Shown: positions 36,101-49,182, counted from the whole stretch's first letter. The stretch: 62,545 nucleotides of DNA, filler included, from Choristocarpus tenellus KU-1152 (GCA_964200185.2; 12 parts of 12 records of this genome joined end to end with filler, not necessarily neighbours in it); one strand, 5' to 3'. The notes: generated by a model not told the origin, from the letters alone. Numbers and translations are program-made.

Positions 36101-39100
36101 CTCAGCAACTTGAACTCGGAGCAGAGATGCCAAAACGGACGCAGGGTCACGGTACAGAAAGATCCAAGGGGTGTTGGGAAAGGCCTGAAGTTGGAGAAGA
36201 TGTGGGTCGAAAGGAGGTCGAGTAAGAATTACTTCTCATATCATTGAAATTTAATATAATGTGAAAGAGATCTCCTAGTGAGCAACAGAGGAAGGCACAA
36301 CAAGAGGCCGAAATCATGAAAAACTGAAGCAAACTGTTTCATAAACACGTAACGTAGTTCAAGTTTGAGGAGACAATAAATTGAGGTTGAGGAGGACTTA
36401 TGCGTACACATATTGAAGACGGGCACAAGGTTGTGAGAGTGCTACAAAAATGCCGTGGGGATGAGAGGAGACATGATTAGGTTGGATTTATCGCCATATG
36501 ATAGGTGAAATGGATCTGGATAAGACAAGATGCGTGGTGTGGGGCGAGAATGTAACATCACACAGCAGATTGTAGTCTTGAGTACACATACTTGAAGTTA
36601 AATCTGTAGCATTTTAGGGCAGAACAAAATGCTTGTTTTCCTCAAAAATAATTGCTTTTCCTTGTAAGTCGATGGAACTCAGTGCAGGTCCAATAATAGG
36701 TGCCTTTTTTTGAGACTGATATCAGATTTAATCAAGGACTTCCCATGTGTATTGTCGTGACATGGCAGTCTCACATGTACTGGTTTGCTGTGTGTTTGCG
36801 ATGTACATAATATACTCATCATGATGTAGAATTTGATTCCTTCTACTCCACCAAGTTCATTCCGATCCCTGAAGTGTTTGGATACACGACGGTGAAAATT
36901 ATATTTTGCTTGAGGTTTGCGTGAGCATCCCAACTGCTGCTCCTCCGTCACAGTTACAACTTTCTTATCCTCAGGGCAGCATATAAGACTGGAAATGTAG
37001 TGGTGGTCAACGAGAAAATTCGCAGTCTACAGGACAGAGAGCTAACGTCTTAAGGGGCAAACTCTACCACTAACTCCAACCCCCAAAATGGTCTTCTTCG
37101 TCGTACCTGGAGAATGGTATTCATGTGATTCGACGCGTAGGGCTGGAATTTGAAGAAGAGATGCCTATAAGCACTTGTCCTGCCCATGCTCCGGATCACA
37201 ACCCTTAAGGCGTTCACCTTACATCAACCAGTTATAACAATTACGAGTTTTCATCAGACATTATTGGGAGAGTTAGCACAGTTCGCCAGGTGTTAAGCTA
37301 ATTGTGTCAGATAAAGTGTGACACAACACTGAAAAAAAGGAAACCAGTCCCTTATATAAGTAATATCTCCATGCAGAGGTCCTCTCCTCCCAGACAACAC
37401 ATTGCAGGATTTTGAAAAACAACAAGGGCTAGGGGGCACACTAAAGCAGGGGAAAAATCCCGTTTTACTTCAACTGATATTCTGTATATAACATTTAGGG
37501 AATATGATGTGTTTGGTGGACAAGATCCCATACTCCCTCAATCTTATTTTTGCTAATAATATTTTTATTGGTTCAGCTCTGATCACACCTAGCCTTAAGA
37601 AAATTAACTCAGACCAAGTGCCTACTCCTCCTCTCAATCCACTGTCCATCTTCTACCGTGCAATCATCCTAACTTCCTCTACGAAATCCGGCTTTTGTCC
37701 CACACTTAACCTTATCTTCCTCAGTGCACTCCATGAAAGTACACAGGTTTAGAACATCCATATGAGGTCCCGCGTCGGAGTACACCAGGTTTGTTGTTGG
37801 TGCTCTCAACAAGTTCGCCATAAGAGAGGACCCGGAGTGAGATGCATGGAACACAAACCCTGTCGGTTCCAGGTACAATGCTGGATCTTGTTCAATGTCT
37901 TCCTATGTGGACGGTTTGGGGACACTTTGTGAAGTATTACTTACCATAGTAGCAGCGAATTAAGAGGTTGATGAGTGGAATTGTTAATGATACAAGTAAT
38001 ATTCGAGTATCAACACACACACACACACACACACACACACCACAAAGCGAATGATGAGATCATGATAAAATTAATCACTACTATCCAGGAACATCACTTG
38101 TCAACAGGTTTCAACCAACCGGGGCTCTAAGGGAGATCAAAGTAGGATCCTAGGAAGAGCAATCTGTACCTCATCTAAAGCACAGGTGCGTATAATACTT
38201 TGGAATTCGGTAGTAGTTTTAAGATCTCCAGGACATTTTTACTGATGTACACAATAAACTTAAGGCGATGGAAGGGCTAAAGGCTTTGTCCTGTCCAAAC
38301 TCTTTTTGATATTTTTGTGTGATCTCTGCACGACTTTGCAACAATTATCTATCAACATTTAGTTCACGAGTCAATGGACCAGTTGCTTATGCGTCTGTAC
38401 ACACGACCTGTAACTCCTTCACTGTCATGGAGAACTCTGTCCTATACTCTCCCTTAGTAGGGCAACCAGAGCGCTTCACCAGATCCTGAAGGGCGAAAAA
38501 CGTAGATCGGAAGGAACAGAAATTTAGGATCGCAGCTGGAAAAGAAGGGACATATGGTTGGTTATGGGCTACTTTAGACCGCATATACTTATGAGCCCAC
38601 GTATGTACACAAATATGTCATGACCATGTGTTTGCCAATAAATACAAGGGCAGGAGAACATGAGCCAAAGGGCAGCTTCAAGCAAACGTTGATGCAGATC
38701 GATAGTTTGATGATGGTCAGCAAGGGGGTTTCGGGTTGCGTTCGTCCCGTTCAAGTGCACAGGGAACCTTCTGTGTTCGGGATTTCCCACTGTCCTTGTG
38801 AACCCTCACTGTCATACTTTTCTCTCTTTTTCAAACGAAGCTCAGGGTTATTTTTCACGTACACGTTAGTGTTGAGGTTAGGGTTTGATTTTCGAAAATG
38901 AGTAATTAAGTAAATAATGGTGGATGCTTGAGAGGTTGTGGTTCCCCAGTGCACACTACACTTCCCCACCTCTTCTTCTATAATGTTTCCGTCTGGATAA
39001 GGACTTTTCAAGTACAAGTCAGGGTTAGGGTTAGGATTGCGGTTACATGTATGGTTAGGTTTTAAAAATGCACGAGAAAAAGTGAAATCAATATTTCATT

Positions 39101-42100
39101 GAAGGTTCCCCAAGGACAGTGGGGGTTCCTGAAGACACATTGTGCCCCCCTGCGTACTGTACAGCAATGTACTGAACCTAAAGCACAACCTCTCTTTTGA
39201 ACAGCATAAATTCTACTTCGAAGTATACATAGTTTGGGGTACAATATACATACTAGGTGCAACAATGAAAGAATATACTTTCTCCGGAGGATTCTTCGCA
39301 CGAAGGTCGATATAATTTCTGGAGGATTCCCCATTGAGGACCTTGCCAATCATCGGGCAAATCTGGGCAAATTGGGGTGCCAGAGTCTCTCTGGAGCAAG
39401 CCCCAGAAGTATACGTGGTGGCAGCGCATGATACGGGAAGGACACTAAGATGAACCCAACATGAGGTCGCCCATCTCCTCAACAGGTTCTGGTTCGCTGC
39501 CTTCTGCACCTCCCATGCAAGCTTCCCTGCGAATCTGAGACCTGGTAGGGAGTCCTCTTTAAGGCTTCAGCATGCATACGCTAAGGATATGGTGCGGGCA
39601 AGGGACCATTTGTGGGCTACTACAATACCCCTCAAGTCAGAATTCCGCCTCATGGTCAACTGGTCATGGAGGTTAGTGTAGGCACCGCCCTGTCACTGGA
39701 TGAAGAAAAAATGTCGATATTCAACATGCACACACATACCCTCAAGTCGGAGGGCAAGTACGGGTGAACATTTGTATGTTAAAGTTGTCTCCTGGTCGAT
39801 GGATATTCCTTAACCGTTGACCAGGATTTCTGAATGTATGCAATATTCTATGCCAGGGCACTGTCCAAAGCAGCAACTGTTCATAGTTGGGAAAGGGGGG
39901 GCTACTCTTGGATGTGGGCTTTGCAGAGGTCCAAGACAACCGAAGTATAGATTGATCATTATGAACGATGAAGTCACTGCTCCTTCAGCTAAGGACCAAA
40001 AGCGCATCCACTATGACTGATCGCTTGACCCAACACGCTTGCAGGGGAAAGCTTTGGGTGTCTAGACATATAGGCAAAGCAATTCCTGAACGAGCTGGCA
40101 ACTCACATGGTGGGTGGAAGGGGGGCTGAGTGAATGTTGAAGGTACACCTGCATCAGATTATGTCCGTCATGGCACAAGTGACAATTCAATGCACGTCAT
40201 GCACTTCGAGCTGGAGACACTGAAATAGTGGTCGAGGCAGTTTTGACCGATTTGTGTGGGATTTTCCGCTTGTTTCTATATCTCAGGTTCGTTGCCAGTC
40301 AAGGAGTAGTTCCAGCTGTTTGCATCATTGTTATCTCTTGGATTTTTCAGATATAATCAGGGAAAAATATAAAGGTAGGTTCTAGTGTAGGCGGAGTGGG
40401 GTTCTTGATTTCAAAAATACCACAATTTTCGTTGATGTATTGGAAAGCTATCGTTGCAAGCAGTAGATACTACAGTTGTTAATTCTTGTATTCTTCGTCT
40501 TGTGTATTGCTTCTTGTCCCGAGCCACGACAACATCTATCTACTGCTATCAGTTGGGAGAAAATAGAACAAAAACAGTATGTCAGTACCCCTGTTGAACA
40601 CCTTGACCATTTTCACAGTCCCCAAGTAAGGTATGATAACTGATATCGAAAACCAATAACTTCTAGGGTTCCAAAAGAATGGAAAATTTTGAGTAAGTAA
40701 ATTTTGACGTAACTCTATAGCCCTATCGGTTCTGCCGAGGAGGAGGGGTGGCACTAATGGTGTTAAGGATCGTGGAGAACTCAGTTGCATGCAACAATAT
40801 GCCACGATCTATAACCCTCATTTAGATGAAGTTCAAACGAAATTGGTCCTGATCCGATCGGTACAGGTGGGAGAAGCGGGGGAAGGGTAGTTGTTCTAGA
40901 TGTCCAATCCAGCAGAACCCTTGGAAATGGCGAACCAGCAGGAACCTTGCAAAATTACACAACTAGGATACAACTACTAATACTTTTGGGAATACGGTAA
41001 TAAAAAAACAAAGGCATAGCTCCCTTCAATTTGTTGAAGGGATACTAATAACCTATGCAAGTGTATACTATTCTTGCGTATTCCTTTTTCACGTAGAGGG
41101 GTTGGGGTAATATCAGCCTCTGGGAGAGGATAACGTCCATCGATTGATCCAAGCATATCCCAAGAATGTATGTTATTTTCTAATGTATACTGTGTAGAGC
41201 TCATATGTGCAAAGGTAAGTAATTTTGTAATCATTGAAAGTAAAGATGAGCATTATAGAAGGCCTGTTTGTACATTTGGGACATGGTTTCCCACCGGTTT
41301 TTTAATGACATTTTGCCTACTCCAAAATGTTTAGGACATTTTGGAGTAGGCAAAATGTATACGCTACGAAGAGATGTGTCCAGAACAAGGATGTTGACAT
41401 CTCCGAACAAACACGATAGCCAAAGTTATATCAAAATTGTAATATTGGATTTTGGCCCCCAAATGGACGCGGCCTTACCCTCTAAGATACTTCGACTCCC
41501 ATCCCATTTCCACAAACTTCTGCAGACGGAGTAGTATTAAACAGCTGCAACAAAGTCATGACATCAATGTATGCCTCTATAATTTGTGCAGATACATGAT
41601 ACCCCTTGCTTACTTTGAACCTGAGATATGGCTTCTGATGGAACGCCTGTTGGTCCAGTGCACACAAGTTGACCTGATTTGATTTGTGGGAAACAAGGGA
41701 AATATGATGAGAACAGAAGGATGCACTGTCCAAGGGAGATAGAGCTTCAGTTATAAACCGAGAAATTTATCACATTCGCATGTCTGACAACCATAACAAA
41801 TATTCAAAACAAATCGGAACGAAAAACGGGAAGCTGCACACTCTTTTCCTCAGGAAAGAGTACTTGTAGTGCCAACTCAATAAAGTGTATCCACGACAAG
41901 CTCAAACCTAAAGGGTGATCTACAAGTAAGTCCATGAATCGCGTAGGGTCATGTTGTTATTTGTAGTAGCAATTTGAAGGGCATGCAGTAGACGATTGAC
42001 GTTTCAACTTTTTGCCGTTATATGTACTTCACATATCCAGGATAACGTCCGACGGGTGACTCCAAGACTATTCAGTGTTGGGAAAGGACTTTACGTGACC

Positions 42101-42715
42101 CGTCTAATGAATAAATCTAATCTTTACACGACAATGTTGTACAAAGGAAATAGAGCTCTAGCTATATCATCCTGTCTGTGAAGACCATTCATCACCTGGC
42201 ACAAAACTCCAAAACCAGAAAGCCCGAAAGGCGTCGTCCTCACTTTTTTCCTCTCTACCATCATCGTAGGACATCGTAGAGGTTGTCCTCCGCTCGGTGT
42301 CTTAGTTCGAAGTCTGACATGGAATCTAGGCCAACAAGCTGTTCTAACGATTAAGTTCCACTAGAGATGGAGTAGTGATGTGGTTGTGGCGCCCCCTTAC
42401 CTTGGCATCAAGGATGTTGGTGCTGTAAGATTGACTTGTCTGCAATGGTTGGGCAAACGAAACTGGCACAATTTCTGGTCGAACGGCCTCTCCATATCGG
42501 TATCGGGCAGTTCCTGGCCCCAGTAGTTCTCGGAATCCTTCAGATGTAAGGTTGCTACCAACTTTATCACTTTTCGCCCCGTTAGCAGCTAGAACCACAC
42601 ATGCGCTTGTTACGAGAAATAGAATGTCAGCTCTGAAGAGATGAACGAGACCCATTACCCACCAAAATTCGGCACCTCTAACGTAGCAGTTCGACTGGCA
42701 CCTTTGGTTAGCCAT
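36101..42715 (-). CDS. Sulfotransferase-like P-loop protein, partial: exons 42715-42401, 41673-41614, 38485-38408, 37902-37711, 37217-37107, 36184-36101
   Basis: Six phase-0 canonical exons join to a hydrophobic N-terminus (ILFLVTSACVVLA) ...VNLCALDQQAFHQKPYLRFK|DLVKRSGC...|EPTGFVFHASHSGSSLMANLL...VYSD...|RHLFFKFQ...|AFPNTPWIFLYRDPASVLAS. The 5'-PSB-like loop and 3'-PB (RDP...S) motifs of PAPS-dependent sulfotransferases are recognisable. Confidence 0.8.
38013..38040. repeat. (AC)n microsatellite
   Basis: About 14 AC units in an intron. Confidence 0.9.
41262..41498 (-). mobile_element. MITE family A, reverse, one end truncated
   Basis: Ends TACCCTCTAAGATACTTCGACTC; internal perfect hairpin ACATTTTGCCTACTCCAAAATGT-ttagg-ACATTTTGGAGTAGGCAAAATGT. 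Confidence 0.8.
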
Positions 42716-43689
42716 GGCTATCACTTTCCGTGAGATGGCTGGAAGTAATCTAATATTGGTGTTAATAGACACGAAGAGGAGGGGTCGAGGTTGGGTATAT
42801 TTTGGTAGGATGAACCTTCAACATGTACCCTAAAATCTTGATCACAACCTATTTTGCACAATTTCCAAAACTAAAATAATGGTTCCATCGTAGGTTGTTG
42901 GAGGTAGTTGGCGAATGATATGTGATTTATAGTCTAATCCCATCACTACAGGCAATTTCTGTCGCATAGAATATATCTATCTATCGCTGTCACAGCTTGA
43001 TGTTTTATGACAAGAATAGTAGGTGTTTTATATTGTCGATACATCAAAATCTGTCAAAAGGTCTGAAACACATAGACACACAAGGCTACATTTTGGATTA
43101 TCTCTATCCCATGCACAAAAGTGTTCATACACATAATTTCTCTGTATTGGTTCCTAGTGGGGAGGAAATGGGGAAATATCTCTTGCAGACAGTTAAGGCG
43201 TCTTTTTCTATCATTATATCTTTCTCTCTACTACATCAACATGTAACATACGGAACAATATGAATACTGCTTGTTGTGCCTTCAAAAACATTTTTCACTT
43301 TTGTGATAACTGTTAGGGATTCTTCACAGATGTGAATATTTTCATTAGTTGCTCCAGTGACACATCTGTGAAATGTCAGGGGGTATAATAATATATAATA
43401 GTTTACATTCGTAAAAGTCATTACTGATGCGGAAGTTACTGGTTTAGATGTAGGAGGTAGTCTGGTGGAGGGGAGAGGCGCAAAGAGTTCTTTTCCCTCT
43501 CATGTTTGGTATGGTCTATCATATCATATTCTTAACCTCTTCGGGATAAATGTAATACCACACTTTGATACCCGAAGAACTTCCGCTAAATTGTTTTTGG
43601 TGAAGACCATTAGTTGAATTGTTTGATTAGACGTTACACTATGTAATGTAAGTCACACCGAAAACTAAAGAGGCCGTCCAATGAAAATG

Positions 43690-44300
43690 TACCTCTTCAT
43701 GTAACGATATCTGTTACAGACGTACATATCTGAAGGTATTATTGTTCTCTTTATCTAAAAAATATATTTTTGCCTCCAAAATATTTGTGTGGATGGTCCA
43801 AGATATGTGGTTGAAGGGCAAGAAACAATTCCTTCAACGATCGAATGCATCCGTACATTTATTTGCATGGACGATGGTGAGTACACAGACAAACTGGTTC
43901 GAGTTTGTACATATTTGTCGACAAGAGTGTATTCTTGCTCCCATCCTCTTTTCAATATCATTTTCTCTATTGTAGCGCTCAAGCGTAGAAGGTAAGGTTT
44001 CACTCTGACCCGACCAACTCCAAGGATGTACTGTCATCAATAAAGCGACCACAAACCACCACTTCAGAGGAGTAAGGAGTGAGATAGGACTTGAGTGCCT
44101 CTTGTGGGGGTTGTATTTTTTTGCGAACGATGTAGGCATTGTCTCTAACACCCAAGGAGGTTTGACCAGAATGATCATGGATGATGGTTGATGGTTGATG
44201 TTGACAGCAACCTTGTTCATTTGGTCCGAACGTCTCAGAGCTGAAGATGTAGATCATCTGCCTTCGGCATTCGAATAAGGCTTCAGACATAGTGCAGATC
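43690..44300 (+). mobile_element. Decayed non-LTR retrotransposon (RTE-like LINE) reverse transcriptase fragment
   Basis: MDDGEY / NWFEFVHICRQECILAPILF (cf. WF..xxGLRQGCVLAPLLF) and FANDVGIVSNTQGGLTRM...FGPNVSELK (cf. YADDAGIVS...GLARM...FGLTVSEKK), frameshifted. Confidence 0.8.
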
Positions 44301-45221
44301 CCAGCCACAGGACCAGAACTAAAATCAGAAAGATAAGTTTTTTTCCCTTATAGAAGTGCCATAATCAATGAAGTTGTTTCCACCGCAAAATATCATCTGG
44401 AGAAGCATACTAACCAAGAGATAAATATGGTTACATTACAATGATCCTCATGCTTGACCAAAAAATACCTCTTGTTGTGCATTATAAGAAAGTGCCACTA
44501 CTAAACTCTGATCAAATTTTTCGTCAGTCTCTCTTTTGCAGCAACAACCTTTGTTATTGGGGGCTTCTTCTATTGGGTAGGGTGTATTGGGTAGGAGTTA
44601 AATAAATGTGCTATTGTTATAGAGTGCAGGGTCCTATATGATGGTTCCATGTACCCCTATGTGAACTTGATAGAGGAATTCTTGCTGCTGAACGGTTTGA
44701 CTGTACATCCTTTTTTTTGTTTTTTGTTGTGGTTGTTCTTTATTGTGGTTGTTATTTATTTTGCTCTTTATAATATTCTTCCAAGTTGACAAGATATACA
44801 TCAATAGAAGTATCCCTCTGATCCGAAGCATGAGGCCAATCATCCAGCCCTTTGAATCTTGTGCGTCACTATAGGCGTCAACACCCCCCATATCAGGTAC
44901 TACGACTTGTTAGAGGTTGGTTACTACATCATATAATACTAGATGGCCGAAACCTGTATACCTCTCAGTATAATGACTCTGCGTAATCCAGAAAGCTTGG
45001 AATTGTTTCCGAAAATATAACCAGGTGCTCTTAGACAGGACCTCAGGTGTATCACTTCTTGAATTTAAGACTTTAGTGCCCAAGGCTGAAGTACCTGATT
45101 GAGGTTCTGCGTTATGGTTTTATGGCATGGGTACTGCACCAGGTCGACTATCTGAAGATTTGTTTCAATCACCACAGGTTCCATTTACGTTGTGAGTCAA
45201 GTAATTTAGATGTAGGCAGGC

Positions 45222-45693
45222 TTGGACCCGTTTATATATTTCGAAGCCATCTTTCTTACCCTGAGCAAAACACTACTTCATTGCATTATGTGCACAATAG
45301 TGTATGCAAAATTGTTCGTACCCCTTTCCACACACAATAGTGACACCACAATTCAGCAAAGACCCTTTCTGCAACTAATTGTACAAAATGATAGTATTAT
45401 TGCCCTTTCTTAGGATCCTTGAATTAAAACCTGTGCCTACCTCTAAAATGCTTTGGCTCTGGACCTGTTTGTATATTTCTAAGCTATCTTTCTTACCCTG
45501 AGCAAAACACTACCTCATTACATCATGCGCACAATAGTATACGCAAAATTGGTTGTACCCCTTCCCACACACAATAGTGACACCATAATCAGCAAATACT
45601 CTTTCTGCAACTAATTGTAAAAATAACAGTATTTTTGCCCTTCCTCAGGATCCTTGAATTAAAACCTTGCCTACCTTCAAATGATTTGACTCT
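45222..45693. repeat. Tandem pair of a ~240-bp unit; third copy inverted at about 47708-47915
   Basis: Both units carry ATCTTTCTTACCCTGAGCAAAACACTAC...CCACACACAATAGTGACACCA...GGATCCTTGAATTAAAACCT. Confidence 0.85.
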
Positions 45694-46694
45694 GTATTGG
45701 GTTTCGCAAATAGGAACACAGCAATCACGAACTTTCCTAGACTGGTGCTCGCGTCAAGACTGGGTGTGAGAGTATTGAGCCGACCGTGCGGTTTCGGAGT
45801 CTCCTATTTGCCAGGTCAGGTGCATTCATAGAGGATGAGAGGCTTCCCAGTCAAGGTGTTGATGATTGGGGAGCTTGCAGATGGAAAACGGAAGGAAGAT
45901 ATGTTCGGACAGACCCCTCCAACTTTATCGGAGTTAACTAGTAGTACACATGTAAAGTCAGTATACAATAGTTGTTGGTAGGCCCATATTTGTTCTTGTA
46001 TATGAATGGAAGGATAGGAATTGACTCTATTCACATGAGGTGCTGCTTCAAGGTTGTATGATCGCTCCCTATACTTCAGGTGGTCACTCTTCTACGTTGG
46101 CAATATCCCTATATCACTCCTATCCATACATGAGTCGGAGGATACATTAACAAGGTGGACAGGAGAAGAGCTGGTGGACGTTCCATTAATGGCACCATAA
46201 GAAGTTTGAGATCGCGGTTGAAGGATGGAGAACAAGGTCAACTAACCAACAGAAATAGACAAGTCTATGGTTGGCAGCATAGCGAGTTTCATGACAGTGT
46301 GGCATTCCAAGGAAGGTGCGATAGCTGATGTGGATCGTGCTAAAACAGCACCAAAGGTACCCCCAAGCAATCAACACCACTACTAGTACCAGTGTCTACT
46401 ATATACTGAATTGTATTTCTCTTTTAACAGTGGATTTGGAGGATTGAGGAAGGAGCGGGGCTATGAGGATGGTTGACGATCGAAAACGGTCTCGAAAAAG
46501 TACCGATTTTTTTTTTTGCAAATGTCTTTGCACTTGTAAGGGCCCGGGATACGTCTTTTTTTGGAAAAGTTTCGGNNNNNNNNNNNNNNNNNNNNNNNNN
46601 NNNNNNNNNNNNNNNNNNNTTAATTAATTAANNNNNNNNNNNNNNNNNNNNNNNNNNNNNNNNNNNNNNNNNNNNCCCCCCCCAGATACTTTGG

Positions 46695-47305
46695 GCAGTT
46701 GCCTTCAATCAAGACCCAGATGCCTTGGTTGCAGGGGAACCACGTTCTTGTTCAGCAAGATGGTGCCACCCCCCACACCGGCTAGGGCAACTCAGAAAAC
46801 TTGGCAGGGGCAGGGAAGACTGAGGGGTGGTCAATTAGGCTTGTGACACAGCCATCTAACTCCCCCAACCTCAATATCATGGACCTGTGCTTTTTCAGAT
46901 CTTTGAAATGCCAGGTGATGGGGGAGCGATTTGTGTTCGTTGAGGAGATGATGTCATTAAGAAACAGTATGAGGAGTATGACGAAAAAATACTTGAGAGG
47001 GCTTGGCAGCTCTTTTTGTAGTGCACAATCAAGTACTTTAGATACAAAGGGGGGAATGACTTCAGTGTGCAGCACAAAGGGACAAGGAAGAGGCAGTTGT
47101 CTGGTAAGCTTGAAAACATGCCAAAGGTAGACATGGAGGCTTTTTTGTGGCTGATTAAATTGTGTGGGTAGGAGTAATAATAATAAAAAGAGCTGACACT
47201 AACCAGAAATTCGTCAAGGATTCCAAATCTTCTTTAAAAAATCAATTCCATCAACATTTTCAAAAGGTATGGACAACGCGGCACAGACGTATGCACGGAG
47301 ATAGT
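46695..47305 (+). mobile_element. Second decayed copy of the Tc1/mariner element
   Basis: MPWLQG / VQQDGATPHTG*GNSENLAGAGKTEGWSIRLVTQPSNSPNLNIMDLCFFRSLK; colinear with about 20810-21425 to the terminus GCACGGAGATAG-TA. Confidence 0.85.
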
Positions 47306-47424
47306 ACACATTTTACCTAGTCCGAAACATTTCGGAGTAGGTAAAATGTCGTAAAAACCCGTGGTAAGCCAACCCCCAAACGGACAGACAGGGCAAAACT
47401 CGTGCCCTCTAAGGTACTTTCACT
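47306..47424 (+). mobile_element. MITE family A, right half
   Basis: CATTTTACCTAGTCCGAAACATTTCGGAGTAGGTAAAATG...CCCTCTAAGGTACTTTCACT directly after the mariner end, suggesting the mariner inserted into it. Confidence 0.75.
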
Positions 47425-47520
47425 TTATATGAAGTGATGTAGCTGCCTTGAAGCTGCGCAATGCAGGCAGAGGTTGAAGGATAGCCAAGGCTTGTAACGC
47501 TGGATCACTGACTTGCATTA

Positions 47521-47702
47521 GGCCCAAAGTATCTGAGGGGGGATGGCGACTGTCCGTTTCAGTAAGATTTTTCACGTCGCGACTTTTGGGTGATTTGGTT
47601 GCATACGTCGGATGGATAATGTAAATGCACTTTTCCTGATTTTGGTCCAAATGGACACCCTGGTGTAGACCCCCCCTCCCCTCCCCCAAGATTCTTTGGG
47701 TC
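47521..47702. mobile_element. MITE family B, full-length copy
   Basis: GGCCCAAAGTATCTGAGGGGGG...CCCCCAAGATTCTTTGGGTC; body is the reverse complement of 3820-3997. Confidence 0.8.
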
Positions 47703-48198
47703 GATTACAGTTTAAGGATGTCAAGAATGGGCAAGAATATATGCCATTTTGTACATTTGTAGAAAGAACCTTTGCTGAATGGTGGTGTGACTTTGTGTGT
47801 GGAAAGGGGGAATATCAATCTTGCACATGCTATTGTACGTATCAAGCAATAAATAGAGTGTATCGCACAGGGTAAGAAAGATGACTTAGATTGCAAAAGG
47901 GTATCCAAACCTGCCTTCTCAATTGATTTGGCGATCTACAAGAAGGGTCTGACAGATTGTGGTAACTAGGATTTTTTTTACGGGCCCACACGAAAAGAAG
48001 TCTGAGGTAACAACATGGTGGTTGTTTCACAGTTATGGTCAAAGTTGGGAAGACGTCTATGGTTGGTCCATACCACAACCCTACTGTCAGAAATCTACAA
48101 TCTAACCGTTGGCAACCATGGAGACGCTACAAAATCGTGTATAACGACCAAAATCTTCTAACTGTATCGTGATGATCGTGGGTTCATTTCATCCTACC

Positions 48199-48458
48199 GA
48201 GTCAAAGTAAACGAGAGGGTATCCAGAGTTGCATTTGAAGGATGCCAGCAAATATGTGCAAAGCTCGGTGTTTTCTACACATGCGTGTAGGATATTTTCC
48301 GAGTTGTGCCGAAAATCTTCAAAAAATAGAGAATCAATCCTTTTAGCTCAAACTTAGCACTTAATTTCGTAGAAATATGGGTGAATTGCAATAGATCGAA
48401 AATCTGGCTTATAGTGCAAAACGGCCAAAAACTGGGTGCCTCTTGTCCTCTCTGACTC
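48199..48458 (-). mobile_element. MITE family C, reverse orientation
   Basis: GAGTCAAAGTAAACGAGAGGGTA...CCTCTTGTCCTCTCTGACTC. Confidence 0.8.
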
Positions 48459-48916
48459 AGTACAACCTACGATCCAGTGAGTATTGAGTGTAATGACTGT
48501 ACAGTCCAGTTGTATTAATACCATGACCGTCGGATAATAATCGTATCATCAGGTGGTACAGTTACCAAAGAAATATATAGCTTGTTGTACGGCCTAGTTC
48601 TGTGTGATGGAGGGTGATGAGAACCACCAGACATGAGGTTCAGGAAGGAAGTGAGAGATGGTGCTGAGGCTTGTAATGACAGCGTCCGAGTGGCATGTTG
48701 ATAAATCTCCACTGTGATTGGTTGCGACCAGTCATAACAGAAAACACAACCCTGGGCGTTGTCGGTTTGGATCCGCCGTTCATGTTGGGGTTACTGCGAG
48801 TCAATTGTTTATCTGACCCACATGACGTTAACTGGGCCCAATGGCAAAACGTGACTTGTGCAAACGGATATGACTGCGCACATTTCCACATCATCAGTGT
48901 GTCCGGGATCCCAAAT

Positions 48917-49182
48917 GAGCCAAAGTAAACTAGAGGTACCCAGCCAGGTTTTGGGCGTTTTGCATTTCAAGTCTGTTTTTAATCTAGTGCAATTCACCCA
49001 TATTTTTATTAATTCTATGGATGAAGTTCTAAGTTTGACTTGAGACCGTATTTCTCTATTATTGTTCGAAACGTTTCCGACATAATAGTTCAAATACATT
49101 CGACAATAAAAGCCCGATCTTGCACACATTTGTCAGCATCCTTAAAATGCAGCTCTGACTAACCTCTCGTTTACTTTGACTC
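48917..49182 (+). mobile_element. MITE family C, forward orientation
   Basis: GAGCCAAAGTAAACTAGAGGTA...ACCTCTCGTTTACTTTGACTC. Confidence 0.8.

Noticed and set aside
40810-41234. Extra exons of the sulfotransferase-like gene
   Set aside because: Exons 41673-41614 and 38485-38408 already join into a continuous motif (RFK|DLV); these frames have stops or poor splice sites.
33379-42715. AKR plus sulfotransferase as a metabolic gene cluster
   Set aside because: They are on different contigs separated by an artificial spacer (35754-35853).
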